Numbered from the stretch's first letter, positions 44,677 through 56,822 are shown. The stretch: DNA of 64,000 nucleotides from Escherichia coli (GCF_003991155.1 NZ_CP031295.1); one strand, 5' to 3'. Program-made: numbers and translations. The notes: generated by a model from the sequence alone, not told the origin.

Positions 44677-45420
44677 ATGACAACGGATAACACGAACACA
44701 CGTAACGATTCACTGGCTGCCCGGACCGATACCTGGTTGCAGTCGTTGCTGGTCTGGTCACCCGGACAGCGGGATATCATCAAAACGGTGGCACTGGTGC
44801 TGATGGTACTGGACCATGCAAACCGCATTCTGCATCTGGACCAGACGTGGATGTTTCTGGCCGGGCGTGGGGCCTTTCCGTTGTTTGCCCTTGTGTGGGG
44901 ACTGAATCTGTCCCGTCATGCGCATATCCAGCAGGTGGCCATTAACCGGCTGTGGGGATGGGCAGTGATTGCTCAGTTCGCATATTATCTGGCCGACTTT
45001 CCCTGGTATGAGGGGAATATCCTGTTTGCCTTTGCAGTTGCGGCTCAGGTGCTGACATGGTGTGAAACGCGCAGTGGGTGGCGTACTGCAGCGGCCATAC
45101 TCCTGATGGCACTGTGGGGGCCTTTGTCCGGCACCAGTTACGGCATTGCCGGGTTGCTGATGCTGGCAGTCAGCCACCGGCTGTACCGGGCGGAAGACAG
45201 AGCGGAACGTCTGGCGCTGGTCGCCTGCCTGCTGGCTGTTATTCCGGCGCTTAATCTTGCCACCAGTGATGCCGCGGCGGTGGCCGGCCTTGTGATGACG
45301 GTGCTGACTGTTGGCCTGGTGTCCTGTGCAGGGAAATCATTACCCCGTTTCTGGCCCGGAGACTTTTTCCCGACGTTCTATGCCTGTCATCTGGCTGTGC
45401 TGGGCGTTCTGGCGCTGTGA
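44677..45420 (+). CDS. traX: TraX pilin N-acetylase
   Basis: 247 aa polytopic membrane protein from MTTDNTNTRNDSL...; 5' extension of the track ORF into traI rejected. Confidence 0.85.
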   Translation: MTTDNTNTRNDSLAARTDTWLQSLLVWSPGQRDIIKTVALVLMVLDHANRILHLDQTWMFLAGRGAFPLFALVWGLNLSRHAHIQQVAINRLWGWAVIAQFAYYLADFPWYEGNILFAFAVAAQVLTWCETRSGWRTAAAILLMALWGPLSGTSYGIAGLLMLAVSHRLYRAEDRAERLALVACLLAVIPALNLATSDAAAVAGLVMTVLTVGLVSCAGKSLPRFWPGDFFPTFYACHLAVLGVLAL

Positions 45421-45474
45421 CGGGTGTGGTATCTTTGGCCGCAAGAGGATGATTCGTCAGAGGCAGAACACAGC

Positions 45475-46035
45475 ATGACAGAGCAGAAGCGACCGGTACT
45501 GACACTGAAGCGGAAGACAGAAGGGGAGACGCTTGTCCGCAGCCGGAAAACCATCATCAATGTCACCACGCCACCAAAGTGGAAGGTGAAAAAGCAGAAG
45601 CTGGCCGAGAAAGCAGCCCGGGAAGCAGAGCTGGCGGCAAAAAAAGCGCAGGCCAGACAGGCGCTGTCCATTTATCTGAATCTGCCCACGCTGGATGATG
45701 CCGTGAACACCCTGAAGCCCTGGTGGCCGGGATTATTTGACGGTGACACGCCCCGGCTTCTGGCCTGCGGTATCCGGGACGTGTTACTGGAAGACGTGGC
45801 GCAGCGGAATATCCCGCTCTCGCATAAAAAACTGCGCAGGGCGCTGAAGGCCATCACCCGTTCAGAAAGCTATCTGTGTGCCATGAAAGCCGGTGCCTGC
45901 CGGTATGACACGGAAGGGTATGTGACGGAGCATATTTCTCAGGAGGAGGAAGCGTATGCGGCAGAGCGTCTGGATAAAATCCGCCGCCAGAACCGGATAA
46001 AGGCAGAACTTCAGGCCGTGCTTGATGAGAAATAA
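45475..46035 (+). CDS. finO: FinO fertility-inhibition RNA chaperone (intact)
   Basis: 186 aa from [14 protein letters not shown]...; basic N-terminus; not interrupted by an IS, unlike F as I recall it. Confidence 0.9.
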   Translation: MTEQKRPVLTLKRKTEGETLVRSRKTIINVTTPPKWKVKKQKLAEKAAREAELAAKKAQARQALSIYLNLPTLDDAVNTLKPWWPGLFDGDTPRLLACGIRDVLLEDVAQRNIPLSHKKLRRALKAITRSESYLCAMKAGACRYDTEGYVTEHISQEEEAYAAERLDKIRRQNRIKAELQAVLDEK

Positions 46036-46169
46036 AAAAAAGCCTCCATCAGAGAGAGGAGGCAGGGAAATAAGGCTTAAAAGGAAATAACTTCCGTACC
46101 CGAAAGGAAGCCAGTCCACTGAATTATTTACCACAATAATACTGACGACTAAAAGGGAGGGGCAGAAAA

Positions 46170-46382
46170 ATGAATGGATTCAGAAACAGTTCACGGAACG
46201 GTCAGGTCTGGCGTTACCAGCGTGCCGGCGGGCGGGCCGTTATTCTGGAGGTCAGTGGACGCTGGATGGAAGCGGCAGAAGCATGGCGACGGGCTGCCTG
46301 TGTTACGCCCCGGACAGACTGGCAGCAGTTTGCCCAAAAAAGGGCTGAACACTGCCACCGGCGCTGCCGGGGAAGGGGGTAA
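46170..46382 (+). CDS. hypothetical protein (70 aa, Cys/His-rich C-terminus)
   Basis: ORF with strong RBS AAGGGAGGGG 8 bp upstream; no family recognised; an overlapping 87-aa ORF in another frame (46174-46437) is the alternative. Confidence 0.35.
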   Translation: MNGFRNSSRNGQVWRYQRAGGRAVILEVSGRWMEAAEAWRRAACVTPRTDWQQFAQKRAEHCHRRCRGRG

Positions 46383-46771
46383 CGAAAAAAGCAGCCTTCA
46401 TTACACCAGAAGTCAGAAGGCTGAAAGGAGTTTATGAGATTTGCTTTTTTTAGTTTCATCTTCATACCTTATTGGGTGTATTAAAAACAGTAGGCTGCCA
46501 AAGTTTTAAACAAGTTTCAATTCTCCATGACTGCTCAGCATCAGCCAGAGGGAATTCCCATTCTGGACCAGCGGGAGCATACGAATAATAATTTACGGGT
46601 TTCCCCGCTCCCGGCGTTTTTGTAACAAAAACAGGCAAATGGGGGTAATAGTCAGCAACAGGGAATGTGGTATTATCGCGGCGGGTGTCTGAGCCTTTCT
46701 GGTTCAGGCAAGACGCAGGTACCAGAAATGCGAAGACCCCACTCGTTAATCCATTAACTCGTGAGGTCTGC

Positions 46772-46978
46772 ATGAAGTACCTTAACACTACTGATTGTAG
46801 CCTCTTCTTTGCAGAGAGGTCAAAGTTTATGACGAAATATGCCCTTATCGGGTTGCTCGCCGTGTGCGCCACTGTGTTGTGTTTTTCACTGATATTCAGG
46901 GAACGGTTATGTGAGCTGAATATTCACAGAGGAAATACAGTGGTGCAGGTAACTCTGGCCTACGAAGCACGGAAGTAA
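46772..46978 (+). CDS. srnB: SrnB/PndA-type Hok-family type I toxin
   Basis: 68 aa MKYLNTTDCSLFFAERSKFMTKYALIGLLAVCATVLCFSLIFRERLCELNIHRGNTVVQVTLAYEARK; antisense RNA expected on the opposite strand around 46700-46780 (not delimited). Confidence 0.8.
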   Translation: MKYLNTTDCSLFFAERSKFMTKYALIGLLAVCATVLCFSLIFRERLCELNIHRGNTVVQVTLAYEARK

Positions 46979-46986
46979 GCTGCCGG

Positions 46987-47010
46987 GCGGGGACGGAAGT
47001 CCCCGCTTTC
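46987..47010 (+). terminator. rho-independent terminator after srnB
   Basis: cggggacggaagtccccg hairpin followed by CTTTCC. Confidence 0.5.
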
Positions 47011-47245
47011 CGGAAGTGCGAGGTATTTCAGGGGCAGACACCCTATATACCAGAAACAGCCGGTCCCCTGGCTAAGGCATTTCCAGCTTTTCAGTCATTT
47101 CATTATCAAAATCACATTAAACGGTCGTAATCAGACATGATTTGTGCGCCAACACAGATCATCGTCACAACTTTCAAGTCGCTGATTTCAAAAAACTGTA
47201 GTATTCTCTGCGAAACGATCCCTGTTTGAGAATTGAGGAGGCGAG

Positions 47246-47503
47246 ATGTCGCAGAAAGAAAATGCAGTGACTTCCTCATCAGGCACCAAGCGTACATACC
47301 GGAAAGGTAACCCTGTTCCGGCTAGAGAGAGGCAAAGAGCTTCTCTGGCTCGCAGAAGCAACACTCATAAGGCTTTTCATGCGGTTATTCAGGCCCGGTT
47401 AAAAGACAGGCTGAGTGAACTGGCGGATGAGGAAGGTATTACTCAGGCGCAGATGCTTGAAAAACTGATTGAATCAGAGCTGAAACGCAGAGCGACTTCG
47501 TAA
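47246..47503 (+). CDS. repA2: RepA2/CopB replication copy-number repressor (IncFII)
   Basis: 85 aa basic protein in the canonical position upstream of copA/tap/repA1; C-terminal ...[19 protein letters not shown] matches the CopB family. Confidence 0.85.
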   Translation: MSQKENAVTSSSGTKRTYRKGNPVPARERQRASLARRSNTHKAFHAVIQARLKDRLSELADEEGITQAQMLEKLIESELKRRATS

Positions 47504-47589
47504 ATATTCACATTCTTGCTTATCTCAGGAGTGAGTGGTAGATTACTGATCGTTTAAGGAATTTTGTGGCTGGCCACGCCGTAAGGTGG

Positions 47590-47690
47590 CAGGGAACTGG
47601 TTCTGATGTGGATTTACAGGAGCCAGGAAAGTGAAAACCCCGATAATCTTCTTCAAGTTTGGCGACTAGAAAGATTATCGGGGCCCCATA
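47590..47690 (-). ncRNA. copA: putative CopA antisense RNA
   Basis: inferred by position in the repA1 leader; contains an inverted repeat ccccgataatcttc...gaagattatcgggg that could form the major stem-loop; ends not determined. Confidence 0.45.
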
Positions 47691-47734
47691 AAACCACATA
47701 GCCAACAATTCAGCTATGTGGGGAGTATAGTTAT

Positions 47735-47809
47735 ATGCCCGGAAAAATTCAAGACATCTTTCTGTGCTCACTCCTTCTGTGCATTGTAAGTGCAGGATGG
47801 TGTGACTGA
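47735..47809 (+). CDS. repA6: Tap/RepA6 leader peptide (translationally coupled to repA1)
   Basis: 24-codon [27 protein letters not shown] whose TGA overlaps the GTG start of repA1. Confidence 0.7.
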   Translation: MPGKIQDIFLCSLLLCIVSAGWCD

Positions 47810-48659
47810 TCTTCAACAAACGTATTACCGCCAGGTAAAGAACCCGAATCCGGTGTTTACACCCCGTGAAGGTGCCGGAACGCTGAAGTTCTGCGAAAAA
47901 CTGATGGAAAAGGCGGTGGGCTTCACTTCCCGTTTTGATTTCGCCATTCATGTGGCGCATGCCCGTTCGCGTGGTCTGCGTCGACGCATGCCACCGGTAC
48001 TGCGTCGCCGGGCCATTGATGCGCTGCTGCAGGGGCTGTGTTTTCACTATGACCCGCTGGCCAACCGCGTCCAGTGCTCCATCACCACACTGGCCATTGA
48101 GTGCGGACTGGCGACGGAGTCTGCTGCTGGAACACTCTCCATCACCCGAGCCACTCGTGCCCTGACATTCCTGTCAGAGCTGGGACTGATTACCTACCAG
48201 ACGGAATATGACCCGCTTATTGGCTGCTATATTCCGACCGACATCACGTTCACACCGGCGCTGTTTGCTGCTCTCGATATCTCAGAAGAGGCGGTGGCTT
48301 CCGCACGCCGCAGCCGTGTGGAATGGGAAAACAGACAGCGCAAAAAGCAGGGGCTGGATACCCTGGGTATGGATGAGCTGATAGCGAAAGCCTGGCGTTT
48401 TGTGCGTGAGCGTTTCCGCAGTTACCAGACAGAGCTTAAGTCCCGTGGAATAAAACGTGCCCGTGCGCGTCGTGATGCGAACAGGGAACGTCAGGATATC
48501 GTCACCCTGGTGAAACGGCAGCTGACGCGTGAAATCTCGGAAGGGCGCTTCTCTGCCTGTCGTGAGGCGGTAAAACGTGAAGTGGAGCGTCGTGTGAAGG
48601 AGCGCATGATTCTGTCACGTAACCGCAATTACAGCCGGCTGGCCACCGCTTCCCCCTGA
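47802..48659 (+). CDS. repA1: RepA1 replication initiator (IncFII)
   Basis: 285 aa from GTG ([24 protein letters not shown]...); the track ORF starts 4 codons earlier at 47790. Confidence 0.9.
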   Translation: MTDLQQTYYRQVKNPNPVFTPREGAGTLKFCEKLMEKAVGFTSRFDFAIHVAHARSRGLRRRMPPVLRRRAIDALLQGLCFHYDPLANRVQCSITTLAIECGLATESAAGTLSITRATRALTFLSELGLITYQTEYDPLIGCYIPTDITFTPALFAALDISEEAVASARRSRVEWENRQRKKQGLDTLGMDELIAKAWRFVRERFRSYQTELKSRGIKRARARRDANRERQDIVTLVKRQLTREISEGRFSACREAVKREVERRVKERMILSRNRNYSRLATASP

Positions 48660-48829
48660 AAGTGACCTCCTCAGAATAATCCGGCCTGCGCCGGAGGAAT
48701 CCGCACGTCTGAAGCCCGCCAGTACAGAAAAAACAGCACCACATACAAAAAACAACCTCACCATCCACCTTCTGGAGCATCCGGTTCCCCCTGTTTTTAA
48801 TACAAAATACGCCTCAGCGACGGGGAATT

Positions 48830-49020
48830 TTGCTTATCCACATTAAACTGCAAGGGACTTCCCCATAAGGTTACAACCGTTCATGTCATAAAGCGCCAGC
48901 CGCCAGTCTTACAGGGTGCAATGTATCTTTTAAACACCTGTTTATATCTCCTTTAAACTACTTAATTACATTCATTTAAAAAGAAAACCTGTTCACTGCC
49001 TGTCCTGTGGACAGGCAGAT
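48830..49020 (+). other. putative oriR (IncFII vegetative origin)
   Basis: DnaA box TTATCCACA ~170 bp downstream of repA1, followed by an AT-rich segment. Confidence 0.6.
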
Positions 49021-49215
49021 ATGCGGCGCCCACCGCAAGCAGCGGGCCCCGACCGGAGCCACTTTAGTTACAACACACAAAGACAACCTCCGGAAAAACC
49101 CCGGTCCAGCGTAGAACCGAAACCACAAAGCCCCTCCCTCATAACTGAAAAGCGAGGCCGCCCCCGCCCGAAGGGCGGGAACAACATCGCTTTTAATTAT
49201 GAATGTTGTAACTAA
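49021..49215 (+). CDS. small ORF in the RepA4 position (doubtful)
   Basis: 64 aa Pro/Arg-rich ORF downstream of the origin; low-complexity, may be non-coding. Confidence 0.3.
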   Translation: MRRPPQAAGPDRSHFSYNTQRQPPEKPRSSVEPKPQSPSLITEKRGRPRPKGGNNIAFNYECCN

Positions 49216-49624
49216 GAATCCTCATCGCTGTCAGTCTTCTGGCTGGAAGTATTGAGTACACGCTCGTAAGCGGCCCTCACGGCCCGCTAACGCGGAGATA
49301 CGCCCCGACTTCGGGTAAACCCTCGTCGGGACCACTCCGACCGCGCACAGAAGCTCTGTTGTGGCTGAAAGCGGATATGGCTTAGCAGGACTGAGGATGG
49401 GTAAGGTGATATCTATCAATCCGTACCGGCTTACGCCGGGCTTCGGCGGTTTTACTCCGGTATCATATGCAACAACGGAGTACCGCCTTCCATGCCGCTG
49501 ACGCGGCATCAGAATAATACAAACAGCATTTAATGCATTTGCAAAAGTGTGAGTAATAAAGACTTGTTAAGTGGTCGTTTCAGGGATATCGTTAAGACTT
49601 GTTAAACAGTCTCAAAGGTGCGTT

Positions 49625-49876
49625 ATGCCTAACATCATTCTGTCTGACACCAGTGCAAGTGTCAGTGAACTGAAAAAAAATCCTATGGCTACAGTCAGTG
49701 CCGGAGATGGTTACCCTGTCGCCATTCTTAACCGGAATCAGCCGGCATTCTACTGTGTGCCTGCTGAACTGTATGAAAGGATGCTTGATGCTCTGGATGA
49801 CCAGGAACTGGTGAAACTGGTTACTGAACGCAGCAATCAGCCACTGCATGATGTGGACCTAGACAGTTATTTATGA
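49625..49876 (+). CDS. Phd/YefM-family antitoxin
   Basis: 83 aa from MPNIILSDTSASVSELKKNPMATV...; overlaps the downstream toxin start by 4 bp; direct repeats agacttgttaa in the promoter. Confidence 0.8.
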   Translation: MPNIILSDTSASVSELKKNPMATVSAGDGYPVAILNRNQPAFYCVPAELYERMLDALDDQELVKLVTERSNQPLHDVDLDSYL

Positions 49877-50160
49877 CTTATACGGTAAAATTCAGGGATG
49901 ATGCGCTCAAGGAATGGCTGAAACTGGATAAGACCATTCAACAACAGTTTGTGAAAAAACTAAAAAAATGCAGCGAAAATCCTCATATACCGTCAGCAAA
50001 ACTAAGAGGGCTAAAGGATTGCTACAAAATTAAACTACGTGCATCGGGATTTCGTCTGGTTTATCAGGTGATTGACGATATGTTAATTATTGCGGTTGTT
50101 GCGGTAGGAAAACGAGAACGTAGTAACGTTTATAATCTCGCCAGTGAGAGAATGAGATAG
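49873..50160 (+). CDS. RelE/ParE-family toxin
   Basis: 95 aa MTYTVKFRDDALKEWLKLDKTIQQQFVKKLKK...; classic antitoxin-toxin operon arrangement. Confidence 0.8.
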   Translation: MTYTVKFRDDALKEWLKLDKTIQQQFVKKLKKCSENPHIPSAKLRGLKDCYKIKLRASGFRLVYQVIDDMLIIAVVAVGKRERSNVYNLASERMR

Positions 50161-50423
50161 TAACATATAAATAGCCTTTCCCGCAGATAACTCTCAGAAT
50201 TGTTATTTTCTCTGTGGACTCGCTGGATTTGCCCCTATATTTCCAGACATCTGTTATCACTTAACCCATTACAAGCCCGCTGCCGCAGATATTCCCGTGG
50301 CGAGCGATAACCCAGCGCACTATGCGGATGCCATTCGTTATAATGCTCGAACGCCTCTGCAAGGTTCTTTGCTGCCGTTAACCCGTCTGGTTTGGGCATG
50401 ATACTGATGTAGTCACGCTTTAT

Positions 50424-50461
50424 GGGGAGCCCGCAGAATTCGGAAAAAATCGTACGCTAAG
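50424..50461. repeat. 38-bp terminal inverted repeat of a Tn21-subfamily (Tn1721-like) transposon
   Basis: GGGGAGCCCGCAGAATTCGGAAAAAATCGTACGCTAAG overlapping the 3' end of the tnpA remnant. Confidence 0.7.
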
Positions 50462-50957
50462 GTTTTCCGGGCATCCGTAAGGGCCGAAACTTCCCGTCTT
50501 CCAGTCTGCGGCTCTGCCGCCAGACGTAATCGCCGGTTAGGTTGATGTGCTCCCAGCCCAGCGGCGACAGGAATTGCAGCAGCTCGCCGTCCACCGGCTT
50601 GCCGGCCTCGACCAACCCCTGGGTGGCGCGTTCCAGGTACACCGTGTTCCACAGCACGATAGCCGCCGTCACCAGGTTGAGGCCGCTGGCCCGGTAGCGC
50701 TGCTGCTCGAAGCTCCGATCCCTGATTTCCCCAAGGCGGTTGAAGAACACCGCCCTGGCCAGCGAGTTGCGCGCCTCACCTTTGTTCAGGCCGGCATGCA
50801 CGCGGCGGCGCAGTTCAACACTTTGCAGCCAGTCCAGGATGAACAGCGTGCGCTCGATCCGGCCCAGCTCGCGCAGGGCCACGGCCAGTCCGTTCTGGCG
50901 CGGGTAGCTGCCGAGCTTGCGCAGCATCAGCGAGGCGGTGACGGTGCCCTGCTTGAT
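50457..50957 (-). pseudogene. tnpA: Tn21-subfamily transposase tnpA, C-terminal fragment (cut by the Tn2/Tn3 insertion)
   Basis: translation ...[40 protein letters not shown]...[15 protein letters not shown]... matches Tn3-family TnpA C-termini; reading frame runs straight into the Tn3 IR at 50958. Confidence 0.75.
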
Positions 50958-50990
50958 GGGGTCTGACGCTCAGTGGAACGAAAACTCACG

Positions 50991-53900
50991 TTAAGCAACG
51001 TTTTCTGCCTCTGACGCCTCTTTTAATGGTCTCAGATGTCCTTTGGTCACCAGTTCTGCCAGCGTGAAGGAATAATGGCCGAGCATATTGATATGTCCGT
51101 GGCAAAGCGGGGAGAGGCGTGCGATATCTTCATCATTCAGTGTTTCACCCTGCGCCCGGAGATGATCCAGGGCTGCCTGCATATAAATAGTGTTCCATAA
51201 CACGACGGCGTTAGTGACCAGCCCCAGTGTGCCCAGTTGATCTTCCTGACCGTCGGTATATCGTTTTCTTATCTCACCTTTTTGACCGTGACAGATGGCT
51301 CTGGCAACGGCATGGCGACTTTCTCCCCGATTAAGCTGGGTCAGAATGCGCCGGCGGTAATCTTCATCATCAATATAATTAAGCAGATACAGCGTTTTGT
51401 TGATGCGCCCCACTTCAATGATTGCCTGAGTCAGTCCGGAAGGACGTTCACTTTTCAGCAATGAACGGACCAGCACTGAAACCTGTACTTTGCCCAGCTT
51501 CAGGGAGCCAGCGGTCCGGATCATTTCGTCCCACTGAAGGACTATTTTTCGGGGATCTGATTGCCCTCTGGCAATATCATTCAGCACGCCATAGTCGGCA
51601 TCATGGTCCATTCGCCAGAAAACCGAAGCACCGGCATCAGCCAGGCGTGGAGAAAACTGGTATCCCAGCAGCCAGAAAAGGCCAAAGACAAGTTCGCTGG
51701 CACCTGCTGTATCGGTCATAATTTCGGTTGGATTCAGCCCGGTCTCCTGTTCCAGAAGACCTTCCAGCACAAAGATAGAGTCCCTCAGCGTCCCCGGTAT
51801 AACGATGCCATGAAAGCCGGAATACTGATCGGACACAAAGTTGTACCAGGTGATCCCTCTGTTATTACCAAAGTATTTGCGGTTCGGTCCGGCATTGATT
51901 GTTCTGACTGGCGTAACAAAGCGCATTCCATCTGCAGATGCCACTTCTCCTCCACCCCATATCTGTGCCAGTGGCAGCGTTGCCTGAAAATCAACCAGTC
52001 TGGCATTAGCGCTGGTGATAGTTTCAGCCCGCAGATAGTTCGCTTTTGTCCAGTTCAGCCGGTGTCGGGTCAGTGCAGGAACATTTGATCTGATCAGTGG
52101 TTCCAGACCGATATTGCAGGCTTCAGCCATCAGCACGGCGCTGATGCTGACGGGCAGATCATCAACTCTGGCACTGGCTTCACTAGCATGGAAAAACTCA
52201 TCAGCAAATCCGGTATGGGCGTTAATTTCGAGCAGCAACTCCGTTAAATCCACCGGAGGGAGTAGATCACTGATCATTTTGCTCAGTCGTTTCAGACTGT
52301 CCGGCTCATCAAGACTGGCGAGGGGAGAAATTGTCAACCGGGGCTTCGGGCCAGAAACATCGAGTTCGACAGCCTCATTTTCGCAAAGACGTGCAGCAAC
52401 CTGTCTGTAACGACTATCAAGCTGATGACCCAGAGATTTTATTGCTTCCTGCGGGTCTGTCGGGTGCCCCAAAGAACGATAAACCTTAATCCGGTTTGCC
52501 TGCCAGTCAGCACCCTGTAGTAATCTTGCACGAGGATCTCCCCACCGGTTACTGCCGGTAACGTAGACATCCCTCCGCCTCAGACTATCCTGCAGTTTAC
52601 TGAGAAAGCAGAGCGTGTATCCCCTGCGGGTGATATGTTTTTCCTTGTTAATCACCAGCCGTTTCCATGACCGACTGATAATTTCCGTTGGTGCGTCGTC
52701 AAAAAACTGCCGCCGTGAGCTGAACTCCCGGCTGAGGTAGTCACAGGCATTCAGAGTGGTAACCCCGGCAGGTGCGGATGAAAATTTAACGGTATTCAGC
52801 AGATGGGGCAGGAAACGACGAACGCGCCCGTACTGCTCCACCATTTCTTCATGAAAATTATCGTCTGAGGGCCGGGCAATTTCACGGACAAGCGTGATGA
52901 TTTCAGCCAGCTTTTGCCTTGGGATGTAGCTGAACACCTCAGCACGAATCGATTCGTCCGGTGTTTCTTCTTTCAGCAGGTACGAACATGCGCTGGCGAG
53001 CGCCAATGCAGATTTATCCAGATCCTTCAGCGAGCGGAGCCGTTTTTTCTGCCCAATCTTTCTGGCGTCACGGATGATAACGGCCAGCATGGCGTCCAGA
53101 ACGTCCAATGCATCATCCAGCGCCAGCGTTTCCCATGCAAGGACAAAGGCAACCAGAACCGCCATCCTTTTCTGCGGTGACATCCTGGCAATATTGAACA
53201 CCGAAGTCATACCAGCATAACGTGCGAGATTTTTCAGGCGCACAGCCGGGAGTGTACTCAGGTTTTCAGCATGCAGGCCAAAATCGTTCAGAGTTTTCCA
53301 GCGTTCAATTGCTTCATTAAACGCCGGACCACTGATGGTCACAGGGCCCTTTTTCAGTGATTCCAGTAAAGACAGGCGGCTGCAATCAGTTGGCCCCAGC
53401 AGCATCTCCAGCTGTGAACGCTGTTCGGCTGACGGTATCAGTGCCAGTTTGTTCCACAGGCGCAACGTCGCCTTTTCCCTTACCTCTGAAATCAACCGGG
53501 TCAGCGTAGTGGCTCCGGGGAGAATAATACGATGTTGCATAAGCCACCCTGTCGCCAGATCGAAAAGCAGGCCAGGACGTTCGTTGCTTATCCAGCTCCG
53601 GGTATATAAAAGACGGGTAAGGCGAAATGTCCAGGGCCAGGCAAATTCACGATACTGATAGTGCTGACGTATCAGCGCTGCATGCTCACGGCGGGTATTT
53701 TCCCTCTGACCGTATTCTGCAAGAACGGTGATATCACGAATCCCGAGCTGTCTGGCGGTAAAATGCCGGACGCCGGAAGGAATATGATTCATATCGGTGA
53801 GGAAGGTGCCCAGAAAACGGACACATCCAATTTGCAGGGCAATGCCCAGACGGTTGTGATCACCTCTGCTTTTTCCGATAAATTCCTTGTCTGCTTCATC

Positions 53901-53996
53901 AAGGTGAAAATATCGTGCCAGCTGAAGCTCATCCGGTTCACCGGTGAATCTGCCATAGCTTTCAGTCTGCTCAGTGGTCAGAAAGTCAACGGGCAT
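50991..53996 (-). CDS. tnpA: Tn3-family transposase TnpA
   Basis: 1001 aa from MPVDFLTTEQTESYGRF...; track ORF 5' extension rejected. Confidence 0.9.
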   Translation of the reverse strand: MPVDFLTTEQTESYGRFTGEPDELQLARYFHLDEADKEFIGKSRGDHNRLGIALQIGCVRFLGTFLTDMNHIPSGVRHFTARQLGIRDITVLAEYGQRENTRREHAALIRQHYQYREFAWPWTFRLTRLLYTRSWISNERPGLLFDLATGWLMQHRIILPGATTLTRLISEVREKATLRLWNKLALIPSAEQRSQLEMLLGPTDCSRLSLLESLKKGPVTISGPAFNEAIERWKTLNDFGLHAENLSTLPAVRLKNLARYAGMTSVFNIARMSPQKRMAVLVAFVLAWETLALDDALDVLDAMLAVIIRDARKIGQKKRLRSLKDLDKSALALASACSYLLKEETPDESIRAEVFSYIPRQKLAEIITLVREIARPSDDNFHEEMVEQYGRVRRFLPHLLNTVKFSSAPAGVTTLNACDYLSREFSSRRQFFDDAPTEIISRSWKRLVINKEKHITRRGYTLCFLSKLQDSLRRRDVYVTGSNRWGDPRARLLQGADWQANRIKVYRSLGHPTDPQEAIKSLGHQLDSRYRQVAARLCENEAVELDVSGPKPRLTISPLASLDEPDSLKRLSKMISDLLPPVDLTELLLEINAHTGFADEFFHASEASARVDDLPVSISAVLMAEACNIGLEPLIRSNVPALTRHRLNWTKANYLRAETITSANARLVDFQATLPLAQIWGGGEVASADGMRFVTPVRTINAGPNRKYFGNNRGITWYNFVSDQYSGFHGIVIPGTLRDSIFVLEGLLEQETGLNPTEIMTDTAGASELVFGLFWLLGYQFSPRLADAGASVFWRMDHDADYGVLNDIARGQSDPRKIVLQWDEMIRTAGSLKLGKVQVSVLVRSLLKSERPSGLTQAIIEVGRINKTLYLLNYIDDEDYRRRILTQLNRGESRHAVARAICHGQKGEIRKRYTDGQEDQLGTLGLVTNAVVLWNTIYMQAALDHLRAQGETLNDEDIARLSPLCHGHINMLGHYSFTLAELVTKGHLRPLKEASEAENVA

Positions 53997-54717
<721 letters not shown>

Positions 54718-54887
54718 TACGCCTATTTTTATAGGTTAATGTCATGATAATAATGGTTTCTTAGACGTCAGGTGGCACTTTTCGGGGAAATGTGCGCGGA
54801 ACCCCTATTTGTTTATTTTTCTAAATACATTCAAATATGTATCCGCTCATGAGACAATAACCCTGGTAAATGCTTCAATAATATTGA

Positions 54888-55760
<873 letters not shown>

Positions 55761-55907
55761 CTGTCAGACCAAGTTTACTCATATATACTTTAGATTGATT
55801 TAAAACTTCATTTTTAATTTAAAAGGATCTAGGTGAAGATCCTTTTTGATAATCTCATGACCAAAATCCCTTAACGTGAGTTTTCGTTCCACTGAGCGTC
55901 AGACCCC

Positions 55908-56815
55908 TTCAAGTGGGTGAAGTGGCGGCTGAAGCCCGTCCAGTCGTCCACGTCCATCAGCAGTTCGGTGATCTTGATGCGCGGCAGTAACTGGCTGGTT
56001 TGGTCGATCAGCGCCTGCGCCCGATCCGGCACCGCCGCATCCAGCGGGGTGATTTTCAGCCCTGACTCGGTGAGGATGGCATCGGGCAGCTCGTTGTCCT
56101 TGGCCAGGCGGGTGACGGTGGCCAACTGCTCGTCCAGCAGCTGCAAACGCTCTTCCAGGTACTGGTCGCTGTTCGGGTTGATCGCCAGGGGCAGGGCCTG
56201 CTCGCGCTTGAGTGCGGCGAACTTCTCGGCCGGCAGCAGGTAGTCGTCGAAGTCGCGGAACTGCCGCGAGCCCTTGACCCAGATGTCGCCGGAGCGCAGG
56301 GCGTTCTTCAGCTCGGACAGGGCGCAGATTTCGTAGAATTTCCGGTCGAGGCCTTCCGGGGTGATCACCAGCGGCTTCCAGCGCGGCTTGATGAAGGCCG
56401 TGGGTGCATCGGCCGGCACCTTGCGCAGGTTGTCGGCGTTCATCTCACGCAGGGTCTGCACGGCTGCCAGCACGCCTTGCGCGGCCGGCGCGGCGCGCAG
56501 TTCCAGCACCTCCAGCAAGGCCGGCGTGTAACGGCGCAGGGTGGCGAAGTTCTCGCCGACCAGGTGCAGGTGGTCGAAGCCTTCCGGCCGGGCCAGCAGC
56601 TCGGCCTCGCTGACGCTCTCGGTGAACTCGTCCCAGGGAATCACCGCCTCGATGGCGGCATAGGGGTCGCTGCCGCTTTCCTTCGCTTCCAGCAGCGCCC
56701 GGCGGCCAGGGTCGCGTAGCGGCGCTGCGGCTCGAACTTACCGAGGTCTTTGGGCGTCATCTGCCCACCCTCGCGGGCCAGCTTGAGCAGGCGGTTCTGG
56801 TGGATGTGCCGGCCC
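55908..56815 (-). pseudogene. tnpA: Tn21-subfamily transposase tnpA, internal fragment (N-terminal ~300 codons missing, internal frameshift/deletion)
   Basis: ORFs 55871-56644 and 56641-56847 on the minus strand translate to mid-TnpA-like sequence (...[40 protein letters not shown]...[10 protein letters not shown]...) in two frames; ends at the integron IRi. Confidence 0.7.
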
Positions 56816-56822
56816 AGGCCTT

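Noticed and set aside
42603-44761. Large antisense ORFs inside traI (330 aa at 42603-43595 and 289 aa at 43892-44761, minus strand)
   Set aside because: Fully embedded antisense to an intact, well-supported 1756-aa traI in GC-rich sequence; Arg/Pro/Ser-rich low-complexity translations typical of antisense frames
46462-46872. 136-aa ORF on the minus strand overlapping the srnB leader
   Set aside because: Overlaps the srnB toxin gene and its expected antisense RNA region; no RBS; more likely the non-coding regulatory region of the type I toxin-antitoxin system
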